Below are positions 1-12,210 of a stretch of 64,000 nt of DNA, one piece after another; position 1 is the first letter of the stretch, and every line of letters begins with the position of its first letter. Below the pieces are notes generated by a model. That model did no database searches, was not told the origin of the DNA, and saw only the letters and a list, made by a program, of their open reading frames with translations. The position numbers were made by a program, and so were the translations under genes. This stretch comes from Stegostoma tigrinum. Lineage: Eukaryota. The stretch is taken from the NCBI RefSeq assembly GCF_030684315.1, contig NC_081363.1, positions 64,546,312-64,610,311 of the forward strand, in the 5' to 3' direction.

Positions 1-1194
1 TCTTTGTCTAACAAATGAACTAATTTAATAAACATTGTGTAATGGAAATTTTAAATTATGCATGTACTGCACCTATTAGAACATTTTTCAGCCATCCGGT
101 GAAGATAGAACGATTGCTGTCAATAAATGATCTCTACGTGAAGTCTCCTTTCAAAACATTCAAGCCACATTGTTCTTCTTCTATAATTTGATTAGACTTT
201 GTTATGAAGCGGAGGCCAACCCCATCCCCCCACCCCAATCTGATAACTAAAACCGAAACACACAGGCTCACCTCACCTCATAATCTATTAAAAGAAGTAT
301 GAAAAGTGGTATACCATGTCTCTCACCTCCGAATCTGTTGTAAAGGAGTGGTTAACTGAAATGAAATTCTTTCACTCAGTCTAAAATCAGCAAGTAAAAA
401 TTTATTTATCTAACTCTAACAGTAAACAAATTAACAGCACTACTAACAAACCAAACAATTCCCCCTTAACCACTAACTATTCCTGAAGAAAACAAAATTC
501 TAATGGTATGCAGTTACAATAAATACAAGTTCCCCCTTATATAAACCGTAATAATTTTATAAAAACCTTAATCTCTTGAAATTACCAAGATACATCTTCT
601 GAATGCTTCTGTGCCCTCTCCGTTGACCCTCAGCCCAGAACACCTTTTTCCATCGAATTCTTGTGTCAGGAATATTACTAAGAATGCCATTACACCTTTA
701 TTTAAATGATGGTTACTCTGAGAGTTTAGAGAATTCTGTAAGAGCCAGTTTTTGTTTTCTTTAGAGCTGCTGGTTGTTAACTCTAATAGAAGGCAGTTGC
801 TCTCACACTGATTTTCAAATGCCCTCTTCTTTTGTACCCTTGATGTGCTATTAATTTCTTACAATAGGATTTGTCCTATGTTGGCAAAACCATCAGATTT
901 AAATTTAATTGGGTTTTGGCATCTAGGGCCTGATTTAAATTAATTGGCTAAATTTAAACAAACTATTGTCTGGATTGTTAACCACACAGTCTATTGATAC
1001 AATGTTTCAATTTCAGGAACTCTCTGTGCACCTGCACATTGCTTTTTAATCTCCAAGCTTAAAAAAAAATTACTTAAAGGGACCACACATTCTTCCCCCA
1101 TCATTTTCGAAACACCAAATTCTAACATTCTGCCTACAAATCCACAAATATTCTACCCAAATTTGCAACAATTTATTATTATGACACATGCCGA

Positions 1195-1870
1195 GATACA
1201 ATGAATAGCATTGTTTTGTGTGCTAACCAGACAAATCATACCTTAAATAAATATATCAAATTAATAGAACAGAATGCAGGCTAAAGCATTACAGCTACAA
1301 AGATCAACTGTAATATATGAGAGGTCCGTTCATAATCTGATAACAATGGAGAAGAAGCAGTTATTCAATCTGTTGCTACATGTTATTAAACTTTTGTATC
1401 TTTTGCCTGATGGAAGAGAGTGGAAGGGAATATAACCAGATAGGAGGGAGCTTTAATTATATTTGGCTGCTTTCTTGAGCTGGCAGAAAGTGTGGATGAA
1501 GTTAATAGAAGGAAGGCTGGTTTTTACAATGGACTAGGCTGCATTCACAACTCTCCTTAATTTCTTGCAGTCTTTGGCAGGCTAGTCGTCATGCTGAGCT
1601 GTGATGCATCCAGATTGGATGCTTTCTATGGTGCATCTATAAAAATTGGGAAGAGTCATTGTGGAAATGGTGAATTTCCTTCAACTTTCAAAGAAATAGA
1701 GGCGTTTGTGGAATTTCTTGACTGTAGTATAAACATGGATGGACTAGGGTAGGTCATTGGTAATATTTTCTCTGAGTAACTTGAAGTTCTTGATCACCTC
1801 CACCTCAGTACCACTGATACAGACAGGGGCGTGTCCTGCACTCCACTTCCTGAATTTGATGATCAGGTCC
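1195..1870 (-). mobile_element. Rex1/Babar-like LINE 3' fragment (degenerate)
   Basis: Minus strand reads ..LIIKFRK..HAPVCISGTEVEVIKNFKLL..ITNDL, typical of the Rex1 RT C-terminus. Confidence 0.6.
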
Positions 1871-2019
1871 TTCATTTTAAATGATGAAAAATATTTTAAA
1901 ATACTCTATTTCAACCACAGGCATGTCATTTATATAGTGTTTCAGCCATCAATACTATGTTCCAAGTTACTTTGTATAACAACAACTATTTGAACAACTG
2001 CTTGAATTCCATTGCACCT

Positions 2020-3190
2020 TAAAAGCAGTAAAATGACTTAAGGTACTTCACAAGATCACTATCAAATAAAATTTGACATTGAGTCACATCTTGGAGATTT
2101 AGAGCAAGTGACAAAAACTTAGTCAAACAGAAGGCTTTTAAGAAATATGTTAAAGAAGGAAATAGAAAAAAAGAGGTGTAAAGAGAGAATTCTAGCACTT
2201 AGGACACAGATGGCTGAAGACATAAATGTTAATGGTGCAATAACTACAATCAGAGATTCTCCAGAGGCCAGAATTGTGTTAGTACAAATATCTTGGAAGT
2301 TTGAAGGAATGGAGATGGTTGTGGAGATAGGAGGGACAAGGGCATGCAAAAAATTGAAAACAAAGACAGGAATTTTAAAAACAAGGAATTGCTTAACCTG
2401 GTACAGAGGCCAATAGGTAAAGGGGACTTAGCTGAACTTAAAATGTGCACACTAGAGTTTGGATGACCTTCAGAGCAGAATGTATGTTGATCAGATGTGA
2501 GTTGTGATAGTCATGTCTAGCGGTAACAATGACGTGGGTGAAAGTGTCAGCAGTGGATGAATTGAAGCAAGGTTAGAGTTGGGGGTGGATACTGTAGGTG
2601 TAGGGATGGGCAGTGTTAGCGATACACAGGTAAGTGTTCAAAAGCTAAGCTTGGTGTCAAATATGAAACCAAGGTTGTGAAAAGCCTGGTTCAACCTCAA
2701 ATAATTGTCAGGAGGGATGGAGCCAGTGTTAAAGAAATAGAATTTGTGACTGGAATCAAAAACAATGGTTTCGGTCTTCCCAATAGTTAAGTATTCAAAG
2801 TTTTGATTCCTGTGGTACTGGATGTTGAACAAGTATTCTAACAAATTAGAAGCAATGACGTGATCAAGACTGTTGGAGGTAGAGTTCGGTGTCATCTATA
2901 TGCTTGTGGAAAAACTGATGCTGTCACCATTGGGAAGCAAATGTATCTAGGAGGGGAGGAACAAGAGTATTTCATCTGGAGATGCCAGAGAGAATGGTGC
3001 AAGGCTTTGCAGAGAAATTATCAGATAAAAGACAACATCAAACTGAAGCAGGCATTCAGTGGAGTGACTAAAAGTCTGACCAAAAGTGTTTGAAGAAGTG
3101 GAGAAGTATCATGTCTCAGTGACGGAATATTAGTGCATGTTATGTTAAACCTGAGCCATGGTTGAGATGTCAAATGTGCAATCTGTAGAA
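2020..3190 (-). mobile_element. L2-clade LINE 3' fragment (degenerate)
   Basis: ORF 2638-2895 remnant ..IGKTETIVF..RLNQAFHNLGFIFDTKLSF, matching the L2 RT C-terminal KTE...NLGVIFD motif. Confidence 0.65.
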
Positions 3191-4435
3191 TGTCACATAC
3201 AGGGCAGATGGCCTGAGGGGTCATGTGGATAATTTCAACACATACCCGCCTTCAGGAAATTGAAACTCAGTCTCCTGTGGGATAGACAGAATTGATAGAT
3301 TGATAGACATAAACGCACTCAAATGTATAGACTTAGTCAATGTAGTAATGTAGCCAGGAGTCGCACATTGGGACTGTACAGAAATTTCAACGTAGCTGAT
3401 TGCATGAATTGCTTCGTAAACGACGACTTTCCAGAAAAGTCCCCAGTATGAGTTAGAATCAGAGATGTCGCAGGACTGACTTGACCTGAGGACAAGTTAC
3501 AGGATTCAAACCTATTCTAAGTACTCAGGAGTTATTAAACTGAATCCCTGAATCACCACTGACCCCAGTGGCCCCAGCTAGCCCACAACTGGTAACACAT
3601 CTAACCCAACCCTCCACAACCAAACGTGCCAGACCTGACACCCTCAAAACTATTCATTGAACCCTCCAGGCCAAACAATCACCACCTGTTTCACCACCCC
3701 AGCCAGAACATACTACCTTCACCAGACACAAGCACTGTCCTTGACCTAACCCCACAGCACCCACCTCAACTGACCCAAAACCCCCAGACTCAACAATGTT
3801 AATTACCCCACTCCCATTCCCAAAAGCATCAGACCGGACCCAGTTCGCAGACCAGAAACAGCTTCCACCAGTCACACTACTCTCTCACACTTCCTCCCTC
3901 ACCTACCCAAAGTGGCACACATCTCATCCTGGGATATGACCCCCCTGCCACCCAATCTCTACACTTACCATCTCTCAGTAGCTTTCCAGTGGCAATAGAC
4001 CACGACATTACAGATTACAGAACTTTTGCTGAAGAAGGGATGTGGTTCCATAGTGAGCCTCTTGGCTCCTGTCTTTGTGGCTTAAGAAAGTTGTCTTGGC
4101 CAGGAAGGCCCCAGGATAGGAAATTCCTGGGTAGAACTCCGCTAAAGGTGTGCCTATTTATTTTTTGTCCGATCAGGATTAGAAATATGGAGCTGAATAG
4201 TTTATGCTCCCACCAGGTACGTTTTCAATCGGCCAGGGGGAAGGAGGAATGCAAAATAGACCAGGAGCCCAAATTGTCACCTTCGTACCTAGTGCTGAGC
4301 TCACCCCCTTAATATTGAGGGTGCTTGGGCTGCCAATTTCAGTGCCCATCTACCATATTTAAGTTAATAAATAATTAAGGGATAATTAAAGGCTAGTTAG
4401 GGGCTAGATTAATAATCCTTTGAAATTTGCATCAT

Positions 4436-4826
4436 GTATAGATAGAGTGGTTAAGGCATTCAGCACGCTTGCCTTCATTTTTCAGACCTTTGAGTATAGA
4501 AGTTGAGACATTTTGTTAAGGTTGTACAGGACATTGGTTAGGCCTCTTCTGGAGTACTGTGTCCAGTTCTGGTCTCCCAGTTATAGGAAAGATATTATGA
4601 AGCTGGAGATGGTTCAGAAGAGATTTACCAGGATGTTGATGGGAACGGAGGGTTTGAGTGTTAAAGAGAGGCTGGATAGGCTGGGACTTTAGTCACTGGA
4701 GCATAGGAGGCTGAGAGGTGACCTGATAGAGGTTTATAAAATAGTGAGGGGCATAGGTAAGCCGAATGGTGGTTGTGTTTTCCCAGGGCAGGGGATTTCA
4801 AGACCCAGGGGGCATAATTTTAAGGT
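4436..4826 (+). mobile_element. CR1 LINE fragment
   Basis: [32 protein letters not shown] signature. Confidence 0.85.
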
Positions 4827-4828
4827 AA

Positions 4829-5690
4829 CTCTCTCCCCACAACAACAATAAGGATAGAATCCCCTTAGACCTCACATACCACCCACCAACATTCAATTAC
4901 AACACATCATCCACTGACTTCTCTGCCACCTATAATCGGACCCCACCACCAAAAGGATATTTCCTTCCCCACTCCTACCCACTTTCCACAGGGACCATTC
5001 ACTCCACAAGTCCCTCATTAGCTCCACACTCCCCACCAACCCCTCCACCACACCCTTTCCCTGCAGCCGCAGGAGGTGCTACACCTGCCCTGACGCCTCC
5101 CCCTCTCACCTCCATCCAATGCCCCAAACAATCCTTCCAGATCTGGCAGAGATTCACCTGCACTTCATCTAATGCCATCTACTGTATCCATTGATCCTGA
5201 TGTGGTCTCCTCTATACTGGGGAGACCAAATGCAGAATCAGGGACCAGTGCATGGAGCACCAGCGCTCTGCACACACCCAACCAATTGGATCTTCCGGTT
5301 GCCATCTACTTTAACTACCCTTCTCACTCTCCTGGTAACATGACCCTACTTGGCCTACTCCACTATAAGAGTAAGGCCAAAGTAAACTGAAGGAACAACA
5401 CCTCATATTTTGGCTTGGGAGCTTACAGCCCAATGGCCTGAAAATTGACTTCACCAGCATCAAAATCTCTCTATCACCAACCTGTTATGACTCACCTATC
5501 TACTCCACACTTCCAACTGACCAACCATACACTCCGCACAGTCCACCCCTTCCCTCTATTTATTTCTGGGGTCCCCAACCTCTCCCCAGTCCTGACAAAA
5601 TGTTGAATTTCCTGTTCCTCGGAAGCTGTCTGACCTGCCGTGCTTTTCTAGCTCCACATTTATTACTCCTGTCTGCATTCCTTACTGTCT
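4829..5690 (+). mobile_element. Penelope-like element 3' portion (degenerate GIY-YIG endonuclease plus 3' terminal repeat)
   Basis: Frameshifted remnants of NKDRIPL.LTYHP, FPCSRRRCYTCP, FTCTSSNAIYCI..CGLLYTGETK..EH and PVA.YFN; ends in a tail related to the short repeats elsewhere in the window. Confidence 0.8.
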
Positions 5691-5766
5691 CAAAGTCTAA
5701 GCTCAGTTGTATTAAGACTGAAGGAAAGGGCTGTCAAATATACACCAGTGAGCCTAACACTGGTAG

Positions 5767-7141
5767 CGGGGAAAATTCTCAAACCCATTGTCAATGATTT
5801 TATAGCAGAGCATTTTTAAAACAGTGGCTGGGTCCGACAGAGTCAGCATGGATTTAAGAAGGGCAAATCATGCTTGATGAATCTGTTGGAATTCTATGAA
5901 GATGTAACTAGTAGAGTTGACAAGTGGGAGCCAGTTGATGTGGTACAATTGAATTTTCACAAAATTTTTGACAAAGTCTCACCTAAGAGATTAATGTGCA
6001 AGATCAAAGTGCAATGGATTGGGGAAAGCGTATTGAGATGGACAGGAAACTGGTTGGAAGAGAGGAAACAAATAGTAGAAATTAATGGGTCCTATTCAAA
6101 TTGGAAGGCAGTAACTAGTAGGGTACCAGAGGAATAGGTGCTGAGATCCCAGTTATTCAAAATATGTTTTAATGATTTGGATGAAGAACAAAATGTTACA
6201 TCTTCAAGTTTTCAGATGATACCACATTGGTGGGAGAGTGAACTGTGACGGGGATGCAGAGATCCTCCAGCGTGATCTCGACAGGTTGGATGAGTGGGCA
6301 GATCAATGGTAGGTGCAGTTTACTTTGGATAAATGTGAGGTTATTCAGCTAGGAAGCAAAAACAAGAAGGCAGATTACTACTTGAATGGCTGGAAATTGG
6401 GAGGGGGGAGTGTGCAGCAGGACCTAGGTGTCCTTGTATACCAGTTCCTGAAGGTAAGTACACAGGTGCAGCAGGTGGTAAAGAAGGAAACTGGTATGTT
6501 GGCCTTCATTGTGAGAGGTTTTGAGTACAGGAACAGAGATATGTTGTAGTAGTTATACGGGGCCTTGGTGAGACCACGCCAGGAATATTGTGTGCAGTTT
6601 TGGTCTCCTTTTCCGAGAAATGGTGCACTTGCTCTCGAGGGAGTGCATTGAAGGTTTACCAGGCTGATTCCAGGGATGGCGGGTCTGACGTTTGAGAAGC
6701 GATTGACTAGATTTAAATTGTTTTCACTAGAGTTGAGATGAATGAGGGGGGGAGTCTCATAAAAACTCATAAAACTCTAACAGGACTGGACAGGGTAGAT
6801 GCAGGGAGGATGTTGCCAATGGTGGCTATATTCAGAACCAGGGGTCACAGTATGAGGATTTGGGGTAGGCAATTTAGGACAGGAATGAGGAGACATTTCT
6901 TCACCCAAAGCATCATGAGCCTGTGGAATTCATTACCACAGGAAGTCGGTGATATGAAAACATTGAATGTATTCAAGAGGTGACTATATATAGCACCTGG
7001 GGGAACTGGGATCAAAGGTTATGGGGAGGAAGCAGGATTCGGCTATTGAGTTCGGGGATTAGCCATGATCGTAAAGAATGGTGGAGTAGGCTTGACAGAC
7101 AGAATAGCCTTCTCCTGCTCCTATTTTCTATGTTTCTATGT
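5767..7141 (+). mobile_element. CR1 LINE, 5'-truncated RT region to 3' tail
   Basis: QHGF.KGKSCL.NLLEFYE, FDKV, DD motif region, RP..EYCVQFWSP, FFTQ..LWNSLP; tail (TTTCTATG)2. Confidence 0.9.
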
Positions 7142-8729
7142 AAATTCTGAAGACTGGAAATTGAAACCACAGTTAAATTAAGCCCTTTGGCTGTGCTACA
7201 GAAGAGAATTGTCTGTGATGTGAGTACTGTAAAAAGGAATGCATTTGTGATTAATTGGAATGTGTTTTATCATGTGTTTTAATCTTTAACCTTATGTTTA
7301 AAGCTGTTTAAATAAATGCTTAAATGTATGTTTACCAGAGAAACAACCTGGCCCATTCCCTGAGCTAGGTGAGCATCCCAGTGACCTTGCTGCAGCATTG
7401 CAATGATAGCTGCAGGTGCAGCCCAACTTACAGCACCCAAATGCAGAAACAGCCTGTAAGTGATTTGAAGATGTGCTGTGAGTGTTTTTAACAGGCTGGC
7501 TCATATCGAATGCCAATGTCTATGGATGTGGAGAGTGTGTGGCCGGTGCTGATGTAGAACATTCTGAGATCTTGGTGACAGGCATCCAGTGTGGAGGTTG
7601 TTTGGAGCAAGCAGCAAGCTGCATCAGCCAGGTATCCAATCTAACTTCCATGTAGGTTTTCATAACGTCTAGCTTGTTTGGTGGGTTTGGTCGGAGAAAT
7701 CTGAAAATTAGTGGAAAGAGTTGAGCCATCAACAATGGTTTTAATAAACAACAATTCCTCTAAATTGGCAATTTGTTGCTGCCCATCAAGAAACTCATCT
7801 CCTTTTGATTTAGCCCCTTCCCTGTCTCCTGACCTTCCCCTCACTTTTTATGGGTTGCATTGCCTTTAACAGATGTTGCATGTAAATATTTCATTAGTTA
7901 CATAGACGTTTTTACAGGTGGTGGTTAGTAGTTTAAAGAAAAACTCACTATGATTTCAGTAGGGGAGAAAAACCACTCAGCTGAAGTATGAAAAAAAAAC
8001 AAAAACTTGCCCCTTTGCTTGTTTAAAGAAAAAGATAAAAGATGTAACAAGCCGGTCCCAATGTCAGGATGGACTTTGCTGAACCCATCACCCAATTATG
8101 CCAAAAATCTTACCACAGCTCTTCTCACTCAGACTCCTATAATATTCCACACATTGTATTTGACCTGGGGTAAGAGTGGCAGAATAAATAATCTTTATTT
8201 TTAACCTCACTAAATCTTGCCGTGAAAATACTTAATTGGGTTACACACTCAAAGGGGTAAGAAAAAGTTCACTTCTTTTGTTACAAGGCATATTGTTCAC
8301 AGTCAATAAGTCCACACACTTATATTTTGTTTGTAGGAAAGCCATAAATGAAATTAATGCATCAAGGTGATAAAAGGAATAAGAATCTCAGTCATGAACA
8401 GAGATTAGAGATATCTGGACTATTTCTACTGGAGTAGAGAAGGCAAAATGATTTGTTTGAAATAAATCTCTTAAATTATGAAGGGTTTTGTAAAAGCACA
8501 CGAATAAAACATATCTCTGGTTGGGAGAAGAGTAATAATCGATGCTTAAGAGAATTAGAGAAGCTGAGTTAAGCTGTGAGCTGTTATAATCTAATTGGTT
8601 ATAGATTGATTAGAATCAAACTAATTAATACAAAGCTCATTGCTTCTTTTTGGGGAAGAACCTCTCTCGCAGCCATGAAAAAAGAAATAGAAGGAAAGGA
8701 AAATGCAAGGCTATGCAGGAAAGGGTGGA

Positions 8730-9530
8730 GGATATTGAAGTGTGAAGTAATTCATTTTAACAGGAAGAATGTGGGGACTCAAAGTAAATTAAAAAATCTA
8801 ACTCCAAACAGACACAGATAGACCTAGGTGCGTATATGCATAAATTATCGATTGACTGAGAGTGTGATTAATAAAGCATAGAGCATTCTAGGCTTTACTA
8901 ATAGAAGTTTTGACATGCAAGTTCTGTTAAACTTCTAACACACTGATTCAGTCTCATCTCTGCCTAAGTTCTGGATGCCACAATTTACAAAGGATGTGAA
9001 TTGAAGAAAATACAGAAAAGCTTCATGAAAACAGTCCCAGAATGCAGAATCCAAGATAACAAGGTGTAGAGCTGGATGAACACAGCAGGCTAAGCAGCAT
9101 CATAGGAGCAGGAAGGCTGACATTTCAGGCCTAGAAACCATCATCTTCTCTAATCTAGAATGCAGAACTTCAGTTTTGTAGCTGTGACAGTGTTTCTTGA
9201 AGAGAAGTCTAAGACAGGCTTTGATTGAGGTAGTTAAAAGCATGAGCGATCTGGACAGAGTAGACAGAAAACAACTGTTCCCATTGTTGAAAGGATCAAG
9301 AACCAGATGGCACAAATTGAAGGTAATTGGAAAAGAATCACTTCTTGATGTCATGGGTGGTGAAGATCTGGAATTGCCTGTGTGTGGTAAAGGCATGATT
9401 AACTCAGTCTGTTGGAAGGAAATTAGATCAGTGCTTTCAAAGGGAAAAATGCAAAGTTACAAGGGAAAAGTGAGGGAGTGGTACTAAGTAAGTTGCTCTG
9501 ACAGAGGACCAACAAAGACATGATGGACTC
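8730..9530 (+). mobile_element. Old CR1 fragment, interrupted by a short Penelope-derived insertion
   Basis: KCEVIHF, DRVDRKQLFPL, SRTRWHKLKV remnants. Confidence 0.7.
9039..9167 (-). mobile_element. Short Penelope-tail retroposon with 11-bp TSD (AGAATGCAGAA)
   Basis: Direct repeats at 9039-9049 and 9157-9167; the interior is the reverse complement of the 11250-11366 element. Confidence 0.75.
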
Positions 9531-10564
9531 GTAATGAACCAAGTATTCTTGAAATTCTGACTACCACACAGTTAAATCAATAAGTCAGTTTTCTCTTCAG
9601 TGATATAATCAGAATTTCATCTTTGTTGTAGCTACAGGATTCATCCCAATGATGTGCACATTAAAAACAAGTTACCGTTGAGGTTTACTGCAGTTTAAAG
9701 AAGTATTATGAACCACATACCAGTGAGTTGGAACCATCAAGGTGATAAATGAAATAGAATCCCAGCTCAATGAATGGTGAAAGTTAGAACATTAAAACTA
9801 CTCCATTGGCAGTTGGAATATTTTTCTTCCAAAATGTTGTTTTGGTCCAAAGCAGCCCAGACTCTCGATACATTGTTAGAGTGATGAGGCAGTCATTTGA
9901 TTGCAAGCAAGGCAACAGTTACTGATGACAGTGCATAAAATACATTCAATATTAAAACATTCATCCTGACTGTTGGATGGACTTCTTAAAGTAAAAGTTA
10001 ATGGCCACCAAAAATAAACAGCATAGAAATGTGACGAAAATATTTCCTCCCATTTTGCTACTTTTACTACAGTGATGGAGATGCTGCTCACAATGAAAAA
10101 TCTGTCTTTAGTTTGCTCGTCATAGTCTTTCAGCAATCATTGTGCTTTCAGACCAAATGCTTATCTCAGTACACCTGTTTCAGTCATACGGAAACGAATC
10201 AAACACAAGGTTAAGGATAGCAAGTGGAGGATGGAAAACACTGGCTCCTTAATGTACCAGTGAAAAGCAAGAATAATCAGCAGCAATGGCCCTTTTTTAA
10301 AACCAGAAATTGCAGTTCTAGATGCAGGAGTCAAACACTTGCATCGTTTCTCAAGGTTCAAAAGAACACACTCAAAGACAACACCCTGGGACATATGATG
10401 ACACTTGGTTGTGACAAAAGCACAACACTCCAGATGTTCAGCCCACCAGTTACCTTCTGCCAATCTCTGCACCTTTTAAAAATATTTATTTCCAATAAAA
10501 TTATAAAGAGTGAACCTTATAGGCTGGGCACGAGATTTAGCTGTCGTTCAAGGGACTAATAAAT

Positions 10565-10680
10565 TTCCGATGAATGGTAATCTTTAGTCAAAACATTATT
10601 TCAGTTTCTCTCCACTGATGCGGCCAGATTTGCCACTTCTAGCACTTTTTGTTTGGTATCCGCAGGGTTTTGCTTGTATT
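10565..10680 (+). mobile_element. Degenerate Penelope-tail short repeat
   Basis: ccgatgaa..aaaacatt..tctctccactgatgcggccagatttg resembles the 59677 copy. Confidence 0.5.
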
Positions 10681-10953
10681 CAACGGAGTGTATCACTGAT
10701 CTGTCAATCACTTCCAATAACACGCCATGCTGTATTGAAGCGTAATGTTGGCAGAATACACCAAGTTACAATTGTGTTATAAAAACAACTTGTCTGAGCA
10801 ACTACCGTCGAGGAGCAGTTAATATTAAAATTGTTGGAACTGGCAACTTCATACTTTGCGTATGATTCTGAAATTAAACGGTGGAGCGCAACTAAATGGA
10901 CAGTAAAATTAGAAGCCATTAATGCGAGACAAGTCATTGATAATTTGGAGTGA

Positions 10954-10959
10954 TTTATT
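10954..10959 (-). terminator. Candidate poly(A) signal of the microprotein gene
   Basis: AATAAA ~410 nt after the stop, followed by U/GU-rich sequence on the minus strand. Confidence 0.5.
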
Positions 10960-11249
10960 GCTAATAGCGAATCACAAAAGCATACATTACCAATTCCATT
11001 TTTTTTAAAAATTGTGCAGAAAACGTAGGTATCCCCCGATAGAAAGACAAATAACAGATTAAAGTTAGTAAACATGTTTGTACGTGATGGAAATACTTTG
11101 ATAAAGAGGAATGATAAAGTATAGGGATGGCGAGCAAGGCTCTAGGATTAAGAATTCGTGTGATCAGAATATTCGGTGTTGGTGAATTAACCACAACGAG
11201 ACGAGTGGTTTTCTCTCTCTCTCTCGCTTCAAAGCTAAACGCTTACACG

Positions 11250-11366
11250 TCTAGGCCCGAAACGTCAGCTTTTGTGCTCCTGAGATGCTGCTTGGCCTGC
11301 TGTGTTCATCCAGCCTCACATTTCGTTATCTTGGATTCTCCAGCATTTGCAGTTCCCATTATCACT
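11250..11366 (+). mobile_element. Well-preserved Penelope-tail short repeat in the 3' UTR of the microprotein gene
   Basis: ctaggcccGAAACGTCagc..gatgctgcttggcctgctgtgttcatccagc..ttggattctccagcat; CpGs retained. Confidence 0.75.
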
Positions 11367-11369
11367 CAC

Positions 11370-11585
11370 TCAACAGAGCGGCTTGCTGGACTTCATATTC
11401 TCTGCACAGGAACGACCCAAACTGGCGCCCGACAGGAAGAGTTCGGTGATTCTGTCAAGTCCCACGCAGGTAGTCAGGGGAGAGACCAAGCCGTACAGGA
11501 AGCCGAAGAGCATAGCGATCGGCCAGGCCAGGTGGATGAGCACCAAGAACCAGAAAATGGACCACAGCATGTCCTTCACGCCCAT
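11370..11585 (-). CDS. Uncharacterised 71-aa hydrophobic membrane microprotein (MGVKDMLWSIFWFLVLIHLAWPIAMLFGFLYGLVSPLTTCVGLDRITELFLSGASLGRSCAENMKSSKPLC)
   Basis: Kozak gacATGG; acceptor tttccag| 11 nt upstream (exon starts 11596); 56/71 codons end in G/C in an AT-rich background; no indels or stops; no repeat similarity recognised. Confidence 0.8.
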   Translation of the reverse strand: MGVKDMLWSIFWFLVLIHLAWPIAMLFGFLYGLVSPLTTCVGLDRITELFLSGASLGRSCAENMKSSKPLC

Positions 11586-11979
11586 GTCGATTTCAGCTGG
11601 AAACTGACACGACAGTTCAGGGTTAATGCTGCAGAACGGAAGGCTCCATAAACAAGTCGCGCACACAACTTTGTTCAATTTACACACTACTACAAAATAC
11701 GAAGGTGCTGTCCGGTAGCCCGGTGGAGTCGGTGTCACGGGACTGTTATACAACCCGGCAGCAACTTTTTAGAAAGGGTTTTTTTAAGACGGAGTCTTGA
11801 CTGAGCCAAGTGAGGAACAGCTGTCTCCTCTAGCTCCCGCAAGAAAGTCATTCCATTCTCTTAAAAGAAATGAACCCGGAAGAGCAAAATTATTTCGGAA
11901 AACAATTCACTTCAATAAATCAAGTTCTTACCCGAGCTTTCTCAAACCTTACCACAAGTTCTCAAAGAATGATGAAGAA

Positions 11980-12145
11980 ACTTAGCAGGTCTGGAAATAT
12001 CTGGGAGAGGTGAGAAACACAATTAACGATATGACACTTCAGAAAAGAGCTCTCTCTCTGCACAGTTGCTGCCCAGACCTGCTGAGTTTCTCCAGGTTCT
12101 TCTGTTTTCTTTCTTTATTTCAGATCTTCAGGATCGGCAGTACCT
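11980..12145. mobile_element. Inverted pair of Penelope-tail repeats in the microprotein intron
   Basis: cttagcaggtctgg..gagag versus ctctc..ccagacctgctgag (reverse-complement arms). Confidence 0.55.
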
Positions 12146-12170
12146 TGCAATCATTTGGATGCTAACTCAC

Positions 12171-12210
12171 CTTGGCTGAAGGCTACACGCGACGTGTTCT
12201 ATTGCAAAGC
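12171..12210 (-). other. Putative non-coding first exon of the microprotein gene (5' end approximate)
   Basis: Consensus donor AAG|GTGAGT at 12171/12170; intron 11597-12170 ends with a cattaac branch-like motif and tttccag. Confidence 0.6.

Noticed and set aside
200-1120. Possible solo LTR (also ~58850-59596 and ~7520-8140)
   Set aside because: LTR-like composition but no TSD, PBS/PPT or paired copy that I could verify.
3560-4380. C-rich strand-biased segments (also 39250-39700) and MITE-like pieces (45820-46210, 63405-63850)
   Set aside because: Probably old DNA-transposon derivatives, but I could not confirm terminal inverted repeats or assign a family.
11127-11651. 174-aa and 101-aa plus-strand ORFs
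   Set aside because: Antisense shadows of the GC3-rich microprotein ORF, fused to a repeat fragment; no independent gene signals.
11586-11753. N-terminal extension of the ORF-track 127-aa product
   Set aside because: Begins at a non-ATG codon and crosses a good splice acceptor at 11597, so it is more likely intron plus 5' UTR.
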